64,000 bases of DNA from Nemertoderma westbladi (taxonomy: Eukaryota; Animalia; Xenacoelomorpha), in assembly GCA_032718475.1 (NCBI GenBank), contig JAUCBJ010006199.1, positions 3,887 to 67,886 on the forward strand, written 5' to 3'. The position numbers were made by a program, and so were the translations under genes. Below, in pieces: positions 50,251 to 62,757 of the stretch; positions within the stretch are counted from its first letter, which is position 1; each line of letters begins with the position of its first letter. The notes below the pieces were generated by a model. It did no database searches. It saw only the letters and a list, made by a program, of their open reading frames with translations, and had not been told where the DNA came from.

Positions 50251-53200
50251 ATATCGTCCTGCGATAGTTACGACCTTGGTCCTGGATTAAGGACCCATAT
50301 ACTTGGCTGCAGGGGTATATGGCCTGACCAGGCAGATGGTAATCTACAGTACTAATGGCTGGCCAGGAGTAGAGTGCCTCAATCTCACATTTGAGAGCAC
50401 TCCACTGCGACCTGCTAGCTCCTGGCACCAGTGGTACCGGGCATGGCCCAGCAGATTAGCTGTATAGCCAATGGTGGGTCATGTGCTTCAGAGTGGGTAT
50501 GGGATAGGTGATTGGCCCCATATCTGATTCAACTGCGACACCCGCCCTGTAGGATGGCAAACCAGGGTGTGGTCTGTTCCCCGAGAGCTGACTCGGCAAA
50601 AAAGCACCCTAACCCACTCACTACTATGGATTACATTAGTAACTCGAAGGTCCCGCCACTATAGGCCTGTGGAATTACCTGACACATTTTACATTCACAT
50701 TCAAGTCACATTCAGTGTATTGCAGCTTATTTTGTACCAATGTGTCGCCAATGTGGTGGAAAATGCATAGAAAACGATATACCAAGAGAACCTTCAAAAG
50801 TACATTTTGAAAAAAATTGTGGCGCCCCCTAGCGGCCTGCCTGAGATTTTAAGAATTTAATTAAAAAGACTACTCCTCCGTTATTTTCCATTTTTATTTT
50901 CCGATACCACATTTTTTTGGAACCAGCATCAATTTCATCACATTTTTCACGCACTTTTTGTATTTTCATTTCATTTTTAAAAAAAAAAAAATTTTTTATT
51001 TGAAATAATCCACGTGTTTTTTGTAAATTTTCATTCAAAAAGTGGGGAAATATTATTAAATTTAGAAATGGCAGAGGAGTAGCATTTTTCGAGTGTCATT
51101 CAGAGATAATCGTCTTCAAATTCCAAACCTTCGACGCAATCTGCTGATGATCTGATGATGGTCTAGCTTGTATATCTGCCTGTATATCTGTATTGTCCCT
51201 CTAGCGGCAGACTGGAGAACTGCGGACTGGTCACCTTCTTCATAAAGACGCAACAGGTGGTATAGTACATACATATAGTACTCTACTCCCGTTTTGAAGG
51301 TGTAACTAAATCGATCATTGCGGTTCGAATGGTATAAGATCCAACTTGCAATAGGAGCAGCAGAAGTTGGCCATAACAAAAATTGCTGATAACGGGTAGT
51401 TGCGATAAGTGTCGCTAAAGTGCAAAATGTTACCAAAGACCTGTAACTAATTCCACTCATTTTAAACAAAAATATTGTTGATCACAATTTTGAACAATTG
51501 TTTGCAATATTTTATAGCTGAGCCCAGTTGAATATCGTTAGTTTTTTGCCACCCTACATCCACAGTCTACATTTCAATGATACAATACATCAGTTTTATA
51601 ACATCTTACAGCTAAATGGAGAACGTGGATATCCCCTAACGGTATATGCCTAGAATATTACAGGAATACCCTCACCCCCACCTCAGCTATAGCTGGGAGG
51701 CCAATATCCATTTTGAGGTATATCCTTGAGACACCGACAACACGTTGTGGGGCCTACGCGCAGCACGAGAGCCTATATAATAAAGTGTACTAATCTCTAT
51801 TAGATATACAAAAACCGTCATTCCCAAAATTTAAATGTGTGATGCTTTCAGTTTGCTTTAAACTGGTTATTTTACATTACTGTTTTATATTATTACATTT
51901 TTATTTTACATTGTACATTTCAGTTCACCCTTTATATACTTTATATAACTGTCATTTGTGAAGCTACTAACTACGTCTATTTAAGTTAAGTATGACATTT
52001 TTAGTTTTACAATACTCGTCTCCTTCATTAGTTTCTTTGCGCTCGTCCTATTTTCTTAAACGCAGACTGACAACCTTTATAATTATGCAAAGTCTCGAAA
52101 CTGTGCGAGTAATTGCTGATTTATGGAACATGGATACTCGTATCCACTGCAAAACTCATTGCGTTCGTCCTGTACAACCTGGTCACCAAATATATACTCC
52201 TCAACATTCCATAATCAGTATTGGATAAACTGACATTTCGTCAAATATTCTAAACCATGTGGTTTACGAGTATCGTCAAAACAATATTCGTTATTAGGAG
52301 TATAGTCAACACAACACAGACTCGTCTTCAATACAACTATCGTTGCACTCGTCCTGTACATCTGGTCACCAAAAAACTAGCATAAGACATTCAACCACCG
52401 GTACTGATCAAAATAACATATCGTCCATTATGCTAACCAAGTTGTTTAGAAGTATAGTCAACACAATTCTCGTCTCTTTCATTAGCCCCGTTGCGAAGCT
52501 TGCTTACTTTCGTGGCTCGCCCCAATGTTCCAGACAATGCCAATAGCGGATGGATATTGGATATGGATAATTATGCTGTCTGTGTAAGTGAGAAGTACAA
52601 TACCCTTCGAAGTATATACCTCTATGTGAACCAAAAATTATAATATGGTTGGTTACAGTGTGAATATAATAATGTAATATAGGAATTATAACGAAATACC
52701 CAATCGGATGTGGACATTAACATTATGATGATTAGAGGCCCTGGAGTAAATTTACAACAGAATAAAAAAAATAAGGAGATTTATATGCATGTATATATGT
52801 GTAAAGTAAGCCCTATACAACAACAATTAATTGCACCGAAAATTAGTATAAAGCTAAAGCATACGGACCGAAATACTTAAATCAATTAATTAATTGTGTG
52901 ACAAGTAGCACTAGCGTTTACAAGCAAGTAGCATCAGCGTTTTGACCCGATTCTATTTATTTATTTGGGTCGGTTGTGAAAGAAAAACCATAGCTTTACT
53001 CACTTTATTCATGTGTGTGATATGAAACAAACGCCGATAAGCAGACATATGCAACATAATTATGTATATAATTGACTGAAAAGTGAGGACTATCGGCATT
53101 AAATACCCTTGCTGTTTATATATGCAAACCTCACTTGCTGTGTTCGATAGTACTTAATACACATTTAGGAATTGTATTTATACAGAATAAGCTAAAAGAC

Positions 53201-54548
53201 TCCCTCATTAAATTTCACTTTTGATTAGAAACACTTCTTCACTCCGCTGGTGTCACAGGTGTAGGAAAAAGTATATAGAAAGACTATACAACATTTTTTC
53301 ATACTGAAATATATATTATTATAAAATTAATTATGTCAATTAATTGTATTTAATTATAATAATTACGCATTTGGTTACATCCTTCCCCTTCCGTCTGCGT
53401 AATCTGTTCATTTACTAACCAGCATCAGTGCATAAACATGTACACTACCATGGTAACATTTGTTAATTGTTTTTGTTCCATCCACCTGATTTTATAATCT
53501 GTTGCGCTGTTTGAGTTGCTTACTGGATTATATTGTGGTACGGTTCTAATAAAAGACTGGAGAAAAGCAAAAGCATTATTTAATTACGGGATTTGTTAAT
53601 ATTGTTTAGAATCTCCAGGGATCGGAAGGGAGGGCGTTGGTGGGGTGGTGGGATACTTCTTTGCCAAACAGAAACTAACTTTGAACAATTTTCCTCGCGA
53701 AGAAACGTTGTTATGGAATAAAGATAGAAATTACGAAAATGCAGCCTTCGTTGACTACCTACCTAGCTCCGTCTTGCTTCACTAACGTTGCTCGTGAAAT
53801 AAACATCCACTATATCTAAGGCAAACATTTGGTTTTAAAAACCCTGCTACATTAAATACTAAAATTAAATTTTAATTTCCTCCCTTTCCTATTTCAGCCA
53901 ATAGTTAGGGCTAGGGGCTGGATTTAATTTGTGTAATAAAATGTCCTCCTATATCAGCCAATCGGCAAGGGAAGGATAAACTCACATTAGAGTGTATGGG
54001 TTTGTATTACCCACTAAAATAGAAGGAGAAAATAACAAATTTGTCACATCCCCCCCCCCCCCCCCCCGTCCAAATAATAAAACCCCGCCAAGTTTTGGTG
54101 GTGAACTAAATGTTTTTGCACGAGAGTTAATTTGGCAGGGTTTGTAAAGCAAATTGTATGCCACATCAGACAACTAAATAAAATAATAAATGCTATGGGT
54201 ATTTTATAGCTAGTAATATATGAAATAGTTATTTTTCAAACAATAAAATGTGGCTCAGTTACAAAAAAATACAAGTTAAAAACAATAAGTAATATTGTAC
54301 TAGTACAAGGTACAACACAACACAAATATACTTAGTTATTAATCGTTATTGTATATAATTCCTAAATTACTTACATACCAGTACCACAGATCTGTAACAC
54401 TTATTGGTAGATTAGTTTGTAACAACTTGCCGGTGTATCTGATCAGTTTAATATCAATAAACGCAGTACTCGTCAAGTTAGACCTAGTTGTCTATTAGCA
54501 CACCGAGAACGATATCAACTTTATACTTTACAGTATTACAGTCTAGTA

Positions 54549-55757
54549 TTACTTTACAGACTTATACTTCACTTGCAAGTTACCATAGCCCTTAGCATAA
54601 GGTTTACCATTAAGATGTTCAATAGCAGCTTTACTTCCATTCATATCGATGAACGTTACAAAACCGTAGCCCTTGCACTTACCACTAGCATCACTCATAA
54701 CGACAGCATTCTCTACCTCCCCGTACGGAGTAAAGAGACGTGTTAATTCGTCGTTGGTGCAGTTAGGTCCGACATTATAGGCGAAAACAACGGGAGATGG
54801 GACCTCAGCAGGGGGGAATGGGGCCGACGGTACTGGGTACGGCGGCATCGACTGAGGGGGGAACCCGGCCACAGGGAAGGGGGGCGGGGGTGGTGGGGCC
54901 ATAGGAAAACCGGGTACGGGTGCGGGACCTCGTGGGGGGGCTGGAGGGGGCGCCTTGGGGGGCCCAGCTATGGGAGACGGGCGGTTGTAAGTGGTCGTTA
55001 CTTTGGTACTCTTGGCTGGACCGTAATTCGATTGCTGAGCTGGATAACTAGACCCAAAAGGGTAAGGCGGATAGCCCGGGGGGACACTATAGCCCGGGGG
55101 GTATTGTGGGAAGGGGTAACCGGGGGGGTAGACATAGGGGGGCTGGGCAGTACCAGGGGGCGGAGCGGTGTCGCCGCTACCATGCGGAGGTCTGATCTTC
55201 CTCTCGTAATCTTCAGCCCAACGAACTATGATCTTATCCGTTCCGCCTACCGGCGCAGTATCGTTCAGTTGCTCAACACAAGCAGATGCATCATCCTTGC
55301 TGGAGAATATAGCGAAACCTACGCCGTTGAATTGCCCTGTTGATTTATCGGTTAACATTCGCACAGCTACAACCTCTCCGTAGCGACCTAAGTAATCCTG
55401 CAGTGCCTTCTCATTCCAGTGAGGTGGAATATTCTTCATATATAGGTTTGTGTTTTTGCCTTGCTTACCTTTCGGCCTTGCCAAAGCCACTCGCAGGGTC
55501 TTTTTGCCTATCTTAAAACCATGGAAACGCTCTATAGCTGTGGCAGCGCTTTTTTCATTCTCGTAATCGACGAAACCAAATCCGTAACTATAAAAGGTGG
55601 CCGGTTGGCGGACAATGTGAGACCTAACGATGGCCCCACAGTTAGAAAACATTACCTTAAATTCCTCATCAGTCATGCTTTGGGGAAGGTAATTAATTAT
55701 TATATTAGTTTTAGAGGATTCAGATGCCGCACCGTTTGAGTTGTATTGATCAGTCAT
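54549..55757 (-). CDS. ELAV/Hu-Sex-lethal family RNA-binding protein (3 RRMs, Pro-rich hinge), intronless CDS
   Basis: TNIIINYLPQSMT and YGFGFVDY (RRM1); TNLYMKNIP and GVGFAIF (RRM2); VFAYNV and CKGYGFVTF (RRM3). Confidence 0.92.
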   Translation of the reverse strand: MTDQYNSNGAASESSKTNIIINYLPQSMTDEEFKVMFSNCGAIVRSHIVRQPATFYSYGFGFVDYENEKSAATAIERFHGFKIGKKTLRVALARPKGKQGKNTNLYMKNIPPHWNEKALQDYLGRYGEVVAVRMLTDKSTGQFNGVGFAIFSSKDDASACVEQLNDTAPVGGTDKIIVRWAEDYERKIRPPHGSGDTAPPPGTAQPPYVYPPGYPFPQYPPGYSVPPGYPPYPFGSSYPAQQSNYGPAKSTKVTTTYNRPSPIAGPPKAPPPAPPRGPAPVPGFPMAPPPPPPFPVAGFPPQSMPPYPVPSAPFPPAEVPSPVVFAYNVGPNCTNDELTRLFTPYGEVENAVVMSDASGKCKGYGFVTFIDMNGSKAAIEHLNGKPYAKGYGNLQVKYKSVK

Positions 55758-56368
55758 TTTGGAATGACGTCCGACGGTTGTCCCACGATTAGTGAAGTAA
55801 TAACACTGGTAATAAACGTAATAAAATCAACAACCTTAAAAAAACAAAATAAACAAAAACGGTAACAAATATAATAATTATAACGCAGAAAATTATAAAA
55901 CTGTCTTGTGTTGAATAGTAGTTAATATTATAACTCAATTAAAGGGTTTAAAATAATAAAACGTGAAAATCACATTGGAACCAAATTTAATGTAAAAATT
56001 TATTGAAAGATATATCTAATTTTAAAAACCTCATACAGTCATGTAATTAATTTAAGATTTGTTAATAATTATAAAATTTAGAAAGGTTTTGTGGTAATAT
56101 AATATAATTAACAGGTACCGGTATATAAAAAAAAACGATAATATAGCGTCATTTTATACCGGTAATTTTTGAATGAAATTATCTTCAAATGGATGAAGTA
56201 GAATATGGTATCAATTAAACACTTATTTTATGTTAAAGGTAATACGATTGAAATTAACAAAAATATCTATAGCTAGATTAATACATAATACAATTTAAAT
56301 GTAAAAAATGTATAATTACATTTTAAAAAATATATAATTATATTATACGGTACTATAAAAGTATACTA

Positions 56369-56618
56369 AACAAGTCCCACATTGGCGTAGTGGTTAAATC
56401 CGTTGCATTGAATTCACATATCTCCGGAGATCGATCCACGCATGGGGGATCCACGTACGAATGATTAACTGGGACAAGCAAGGAAGACAGATGCCAGGCC
56501 GCATGAGAACCAGTTTCCTCTGAGGAGTTTAGTTCTGGGGGGACCGCAATGGAAAAAGTTGTCAAACTTTGTGCGTAATCCCTCGGCCTAGCGGCCGATG
56601 AAAACTTTACTTAACTTT
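56369..56618 (+). mobile_element. tRNA-derived SINE
   Basis: A-box TGGCGTAGTGG, B-box-like GAGATCGATCC, LINE-like 3' part GACCGCAATGGAAA, (ACTTT)n tail, candidate 7-bp TSD TATACTA (56362-56368, 56619-56625). Confidence 0.7.
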
Positions 56619-57831
56619 TATACTAGCGTGTGGTGAGGTGCTATTGTCCTTTGTATTGTATTGTAGTAGGCTAGATGCGCATTGTAATGTTATTGAATAT
56701 ATACTACTACACACGGCGTGCTTTGTAGTTGTAGTCTAGAACTATAAGAGAAACATCTCCCGTGTCATAAAACCGCCTGCGCTCTACCTGCAACACCACT
56801 TCTGACTTCAGCACTTAGAACTTGCGAATGTCACGATTGGAATCATACCTACAATTTGTCTGTTTGTTGTTGTTGGACAGTTCAGCAGTCAGCAGTTTAC
56901 TTTAGTACTGTAGTAGGCCTAGCTGCCTAGCCTACTCCATACTCCATGCATCTGCTGCATCTGCCTGCAGCTGTGCAGTACCAGTACCAGAGTAGCCTAC
57001 CTGCCTACTGCTACTGCTACCTGGCTACTGCTACTGTACTGTCAGACTGTAGTCAGTAGTAGTCAGGTCAGCAGGTAGTCTGGCAGTCTGGCTGTCTGGT
57101 AGTGCTAGTGCTAGTGCAGAAATGGCCGGTCAGCCGGTGGGCAGGTGGGGTGGGCCCCTGTCAGCCTTTCCCCTGGTCGAGAAAACCCTAAAACTGAAAC
57201 TGTCATGCAACCCCAGACCCCAGTAACCCTCCACTCTCTGACTCTGACTGTCTGACCCTAATGCAGTAATGCCTAACTGCAGAACTGCTAACGATAACCT
57301 GATAACCATAACCATCAAACAATACAAGACTGATACAGATACAACCCTACTGCCCTAAGTCCAGAAGTCATAGGCATACAGGCAGACAGGCATACAGCAC
57401 CGGTGACCGGTCTGCCGGTAGCCTAATATAAAAAATTCCGCTAAATTTTCTTAGATTATGACTTCCGGTACCTCAGCGCGAACTTACCTTCCTGTCTTCT
57501 GATCTTCTTTCTGTCTTTTTCACTGTCCTTCACCTTTGACTCTCAGACTAGGCCTAGGCCTATACGAATACCGGTACCCTGGCTGCCTGGTAGGCCTATC
57601 GTTCAGTCGTTGTAGTCCAGTACCGGTACTGCAGTAGTTCTGTCTGCCTGTAGTCTCGACTCGACGTCAGCGTCGTGGTTTGATCTATATCAGTATATCC
57701 CTGCCCTGTATCCAGATATCTGATATCCTTCTGTCCTTCCTTGGACCTATACCAGTATACTACAGTCAGACAGTCTGACAATCAGACAGTAGGTATTACT
57801 GTACTACAGTTGACAGTACGGTACTATGACA

Positions 57832-58500
57832 TCGTAATTTTTTCACATCAATAGAAAGCTTGCGTTGAAAGGATTCCAAATATTATGTAGCAATATCTGA
57901 ATTTCATTGAGAAACAGCTGAGAAATAGGCGTTCAAAGACTGCAAGAATTATTGTTCGCTGCAGGCCATTTATTCTATTTAATAAATACACAAAATTCTA
58001 CAACGTGTTATTTATTTTATGAGTTGGTAGGCAACAGCGGTATGCCTATACAATATCTATATTGCCTAGCTAATCATACATAAACAAATTGTTCCAGAAT
58101 ATTGTGTATTTATTAAATAGAATAAATGGCCTGCAGTGAACAATAATTCTTGCAATCTTTGAATGCCTATATCTCAGCTGTTTCTCAACGAAATTCAGAT
58201 ATTGCTACATATTTGGAATCCTTGCAGCGCAAGCTTTCTATTGATGTGAAAAAATTACGACTAAAGTGAAGAATGGCAATGATACAGAGGGTGCGATTTC
58301 GCAAAAGACACTTTTTTAAAACGCTTATAAATAAAATTTAAAGGCGAAATCGAAAATTCCGGCTTCATGGTAACAACCACGGTGAGTTGAACTAGTTGTG
58401 TTTAAAATTTCAGGCAATATGATAAAGATTTGTAGAAACATTTGGGGGGGGGGGGGGGTCCGTGTCATCAGAAAATGACACTATATTACGGGTCATGGTG
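57832..58500. mobile_element. Left-truncated copy of the CACCATG foldback family
   Basis: Internal palindrome and right terminus ...GACACTATATTACGGGTCATGGTG|TA, nearly the same as 37450-37774. Confidence 0.8.
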
Positions 58501-60863
58501 TATATACTGTAGATAAATTATTATTATATATTATTTTATTAAAAATTATTTTTCACCTTGGAAGCATTATTACTATGGGTATACAGATACAGAATAACCT
58601 TATAAGTCTCTCTCACTCTGTGACTGAGTCCCGCTCTGTGATTGGGGTGACTTCAACTACTGTACTCCATACTGCCATATACATAATGTTATCCAAATTG
58701 TAACAATTGTATCCTAATTGTTTCGAATGCGAGAGATTTACTTTGGCATTATTCAAAGGTTAGGTTTGATTTTGATATGTCAACAATAATACCGGTACTA
58801 CAGTATACATGAAGGAAGGAAGACCTCCAGTGACATGAACAGGTGGAATGCGGTACAAAAACAAAGATATCCCGATGTCAATAATTCAATTAAGTCATAT
58901 ATTTCATTCCCCATTTTTAAACCACACTTTATGTCTGGCTTCAAAGAAACATTGCTAAGATTAACTTAAAAGAAATATTTGATTTATAGATAGGATCTCA
59001 GACATGGACATAGGGATGATAATATTGTTTCAAATGTTTAATATTTTAGGGTATAAGAAAGCTAATGCTTATGGAACCCGTTATTATTACAGTAATACCG
59101 GTAGGAATTTAAGTATTGCGACCAATACCGATCATATTATAAAACAATGACAAAAACATATAAAACAATTGAAACATATAAAAACACAAGGCGTGATAAT
59201 TAAATAGTTGAAATAAATTAGTGTTCTTAATAAAAAAAGGTTTCTAATAAAATTACAATATACACAGAAAATTTCACAACAGTCGATAAAATCAGGTATG
59301 CACACTAAAAATTACAAATATACACTAAAAATTACATATATATATAATATACTGTATAACAGACTATAAAATCTCGCATATACACTAAAAACAGTAAAAC
59401 GTGATGACTTCAATCCAGGACCGAGGTTTTACTATATGTGAGTCCGATTTTGCATAATTTCGAAGTTTGCGTCTTTTCTGTCTGGCTTTGAATTCCATCT
59501 CCCGCCCCATGTGGACATACTGTATCTCTATATCAAAGTAATAGCGAGTTTCCCCAAATCGGAATGATTTCCGTAAAATAACTTTGGGTGCCTAGTGTGA
59601 TGAAAACACTACAGTACTGTAGTAGTAAGTAGTAGAGGCCGGGAAGATTTATCTTCTAGTGGTTTCCCAGTCGGGTAATGCTGCTGTAAGCAAGTTTCTC
59701 GTTAAGAGCATTGAATAGGAACCTTACGTCATCACCCCGGTGACAGGTACAGTAGAATTAAAGTTCAAATTGCATCTGTTTACAGCTCTTGTAATCGACA
59801 CGACACGGATAAATCCTGTTGTAATTGTGTGTAGGATTTAAACTTCTAATGCACTTGTTCGTAGAGCTGAACAAAAACCACATCTTTATCTTTAGATAAC
59901 TCGATCGGAACTGTACAGTAGTAATCTCTGTCCACACTGTTGTGCAGACGTCGACACTAGCACTAGCATGGACAAATTGTTTACTGTAGTACTGTAGTAA
60001 TTGGTGTTGCTTTTAGCTTTTGCTTTAGCTTTTGAACGTTTGTCTCAGACCGACTGTCTATTTGTGGAGCGGTTCGGGTTCTTTATTATTCAGAATCCAT
60101 CAGGAACCATATGCTGAAGAATCGTCGCTGGGTTTATTTAACGTATTATAATTATTATTATTTAACGTTATTTAACGTTTATTTGTAAATCTTCAGATTT
60201 ATTACTGTAAGAAAATCGTGTAGGACTTCAACTGTATTTACTACAGTACAATAATTGGTGCTGTAATTAGAATCATGAGAGGGAAACATAGGTTTAGAAA
60301 ATAGAAAGGGGTCATTAAAATAATAAAAAGGGGTCAAATGATGAATGATTAAAAAAAGGGATCATAAAAAATATTTTTCATTTTATACAGAGCAGCCAAG
60401 ACAAACTGACAAAGAGATTACTGACTGACTGACCGAACCAATGATAAACAAAACATACGCAAGCCATTTGGACTCAAAACTATCTGAATGGATTAATTGG
60501 TCGATGATGCATGCGATGGTTTGCTGCTTATGTGTATGTGTCAGACTCAGACCTACTGCTGTACTGCTGTACTGACAGACTGAATTCTGAAATAACAATA
60601 CTGCAATCACAGAATCAGGCATTAGGCCCTAATTTGTAATTCATAGCGTGTCGGTAGGCCTACTCTATTAATACTGTAATACTGTAATAGAGTACTGGTT
60701 CACTGCAGCACTGGAGTACGCTACACGCTCTGACGCTATGGCCTTGCAGCCTTGAATTGTTTGTATTTCAGTACAGCAGTAGGCAGGTTGGCCTATTCCG
60801 TGTATTCAGCTATTACATTTATTTTTACATTTGTTTATTTTTTAAGTTCTGGAGTTTGCTGTA

Positions 60864-62234
60864 ATGGGGGCTGTTTGTACGATTGTCTCCCAAACTACTA
60901 CTAATGCTTTGAGACGGGTGCCTGTTCCATATTGTGCTGATAATGGATTCGACGAGAAACCCACAACCCCATCAAACGTGGGAACTCATCCGAAACGGAT
61001 GCGCGACGTCTCGTTATCCCCAGAAATGCCGAGTTTTCAGAAAGCTACGACCAGTCTAGTCCGTCATATAGACACCGCGATCGAGAGCGCTTGCGATCGC
61101 ATAGAGTCTGCCAACCGATCGCTCGAACTCTTCTACCACAGCCTTCCTCGGATACTTCCGAAGTTCCCGCGCCATCGCAGCTACGTTCGCGCGCTTTCGC
61201 GCTACCTCCCGCAACCTGAGCGACGTCGGGTCTACTTCCAGCTTGTCAGCAGCAACTACACGGCCGACTGCCATTGGCGACTCCTGCACACTCGAATCCT
61301 CCCGGTGTTCTTCGACGAGGATTCCGACCCGGTGTACGTGGCGACTCTCGCCGACGTCGGATGGCTGGTCCGCGAATCCCGCTACTCTGACGCCGTGTCG
61401 CCGCGGTTCTTCCGTCCGACTCTGGTCTACGTCCCTCCGTGTCCGGAGATCGTAGACACAGACGTAGTCGACGATGAGACGACCGGCTCCGTCGATTATC
61501 AGACAAAGTTGGAACGGGAGATCGAGCGACTCCGCGCCGAAATGGCCATGATTATAGCGAATTCGAGTAGCGGAGTTCCGCTGATGAATCTAACTCCTCC
61601 GCCATCAACCTCAGAGGAGGAAGCCTTTGTCTTCCTTCCCCCGAGTCCTCCCCGCGCTCCTCCACCTCCCCCACCCCCACCTCCTCCAGGACTCCTCCAA
61701 CTCCCAACGGCGTCGGTTAAAGACGAGATTATCAAACGGCGTCGCAGCGGCAGCTACCAACGGCCCAGTTCTCCGGATCGCCCCTCGATGACCGACGTCC
61801 TCAGGGGCCTCAAATCGGTTCGTCTTCGGAGCATCGACGTGGAACGTTCCCCGGGCGGAACTCCGATGCGAAGAACGCCGATGCGCAGTCGCAACCTGCA
61901 GGACCCGGCCGCAATCATCGCCCAAGCCTTGCAACGTAAATTCGCGCACCTCAATAAACTCAACGAGAGTCCGGTGGAGCGATCTAGTCCGGAGGTGGAG
62001 TGGAGTCCGGTGACCGGAACCTGTCCGGGACTCTCCAAGGAATGCAGTCCTTTAGCTGGTTATCCAGCGAACTGGCAAGCACCGCTCCAATCTTCCAGCC
62101 CTTTCCCTGCTATCGCCAGTCCATTGGTATCGTATAAGAGTCCCCTTGTATGCCGCACCCCCTCTAACAGTCCGGTCGGGTTTCTATGGTCTAACAGTCC
62201 TTTCACCGCATCCACTCCCGTCGTTCAAGTCTAA
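60864..62234 (+). CDS. MTFR1: Mitochondrial fission regulator (MTFR1/MTFR2, FAM54 family), intronless CDS
   Basis: RSYVR.L..YLP...R.YFQL, TLADVGWL, coiled coil KLEREIERLRAEMA.I, polyproline, PSM.DVL..L..V.LR, RSPGGTP, DPAAIIAQALQRKFA. Confidence 0.9.
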   Translation: MGAVCTIVSQTTTNALRRVPVPYCADNGFDEKPTTPSNVGTHPKRMRDVSLSPEMPSFQKATTSLVRHIDTAIESACDRIESANRSLELFYHSLPRILPKFPRHRSYVRALSRYLPQPERRRVYFQLVSSNYTADCHWRLLHTRILPVFFDEDSDPVYVATLADVGWLVRESRYSDAVSPRFFRPTLVYVPPCPEIVDTDVVDDETTGSVDYQTKLEREIERLRAEMAMIIANSSSGVPLMNLTPPPSTSEEEAFVFLPPSPPRAPPPPPPPPPPGLLQLPTASVKDEIIKRRRSGSYQRPSSPDRPSMTDVLRGLKSVRLRSIDVERSPGGTPMRRTPMRSRNLQDPAAIIAQALQRKFAHLNKLNESPVERSSPEVEWSPVTGTCPGLSKECSPLAGYPANWQAPLQSSSPFPAIASPLVSYKSPLVCRTPSNSPVGFLWSNSPFTASTPVVQV

Positions 62235-62554
62235 CTAACTATTTATTTATATCGCAATATATCTATGCAATATTGTTCTTTGTTACTTCTACTTCTTTGT
62301 TAATTAACTCATCTGTTAATAGTTAGGCAATCCAAATTTAGGAACCAGTCATAATAATCTAACGCCACTATCTTTCGTGGAAATCTACGTAATCTAACAT
62401 TGGCTGTTTTTATGGCCTTTTACTGTGTGTTTGTTCATTTTTATAGTTAATTAATTTAATTGGTTTCTTTGCTGTTCATTATTAAACGACATAAAGTTTT
62501 TTCCGTTTTATTATTGAGATTAGTTTACATCTCGTTTTATTATTGACAATAGTT

Positions 62555-62757
62555 TGGGTTGTGGTTCGCTTCGTGGTTAGTGGTGCTGGGTTCGATTCTG
62601 GAGTAAGCCGATTGCAATTTCGTAACTACTGTGCCCAGACAGCTAGGCGAGGATCTGCAACCTAGCTTCTAGTTCAAGTAGGCCTTTGTCCCACAGCAAC
62701 CATCAACTGAAATTCAGGAAATTTACGAGATTTCATACTTGCTAAGTAAGTAAGTAT
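62555..62757 (+). mobile_element. Degenerate tRNA-derived SINE
   Basis: B-box GGTTCGATTC at ~62589; (TAAG)n tail at 62743-62756; no clear TSD. Confidence 0.5.

Noticed and set aside
56375-56450. Functional tRNA gene
   Set aside because: A/B boxes are present but the stems do not form a full cloverleaf; a SINE body and tail follow.
56870-57830. CAGT/TACTG-rich region as a structured RNA or gene
   Set aside because: Cryptic simple-sequence DNA similar to patches near 42600, 45500 and 60550; no ORF or fold support.
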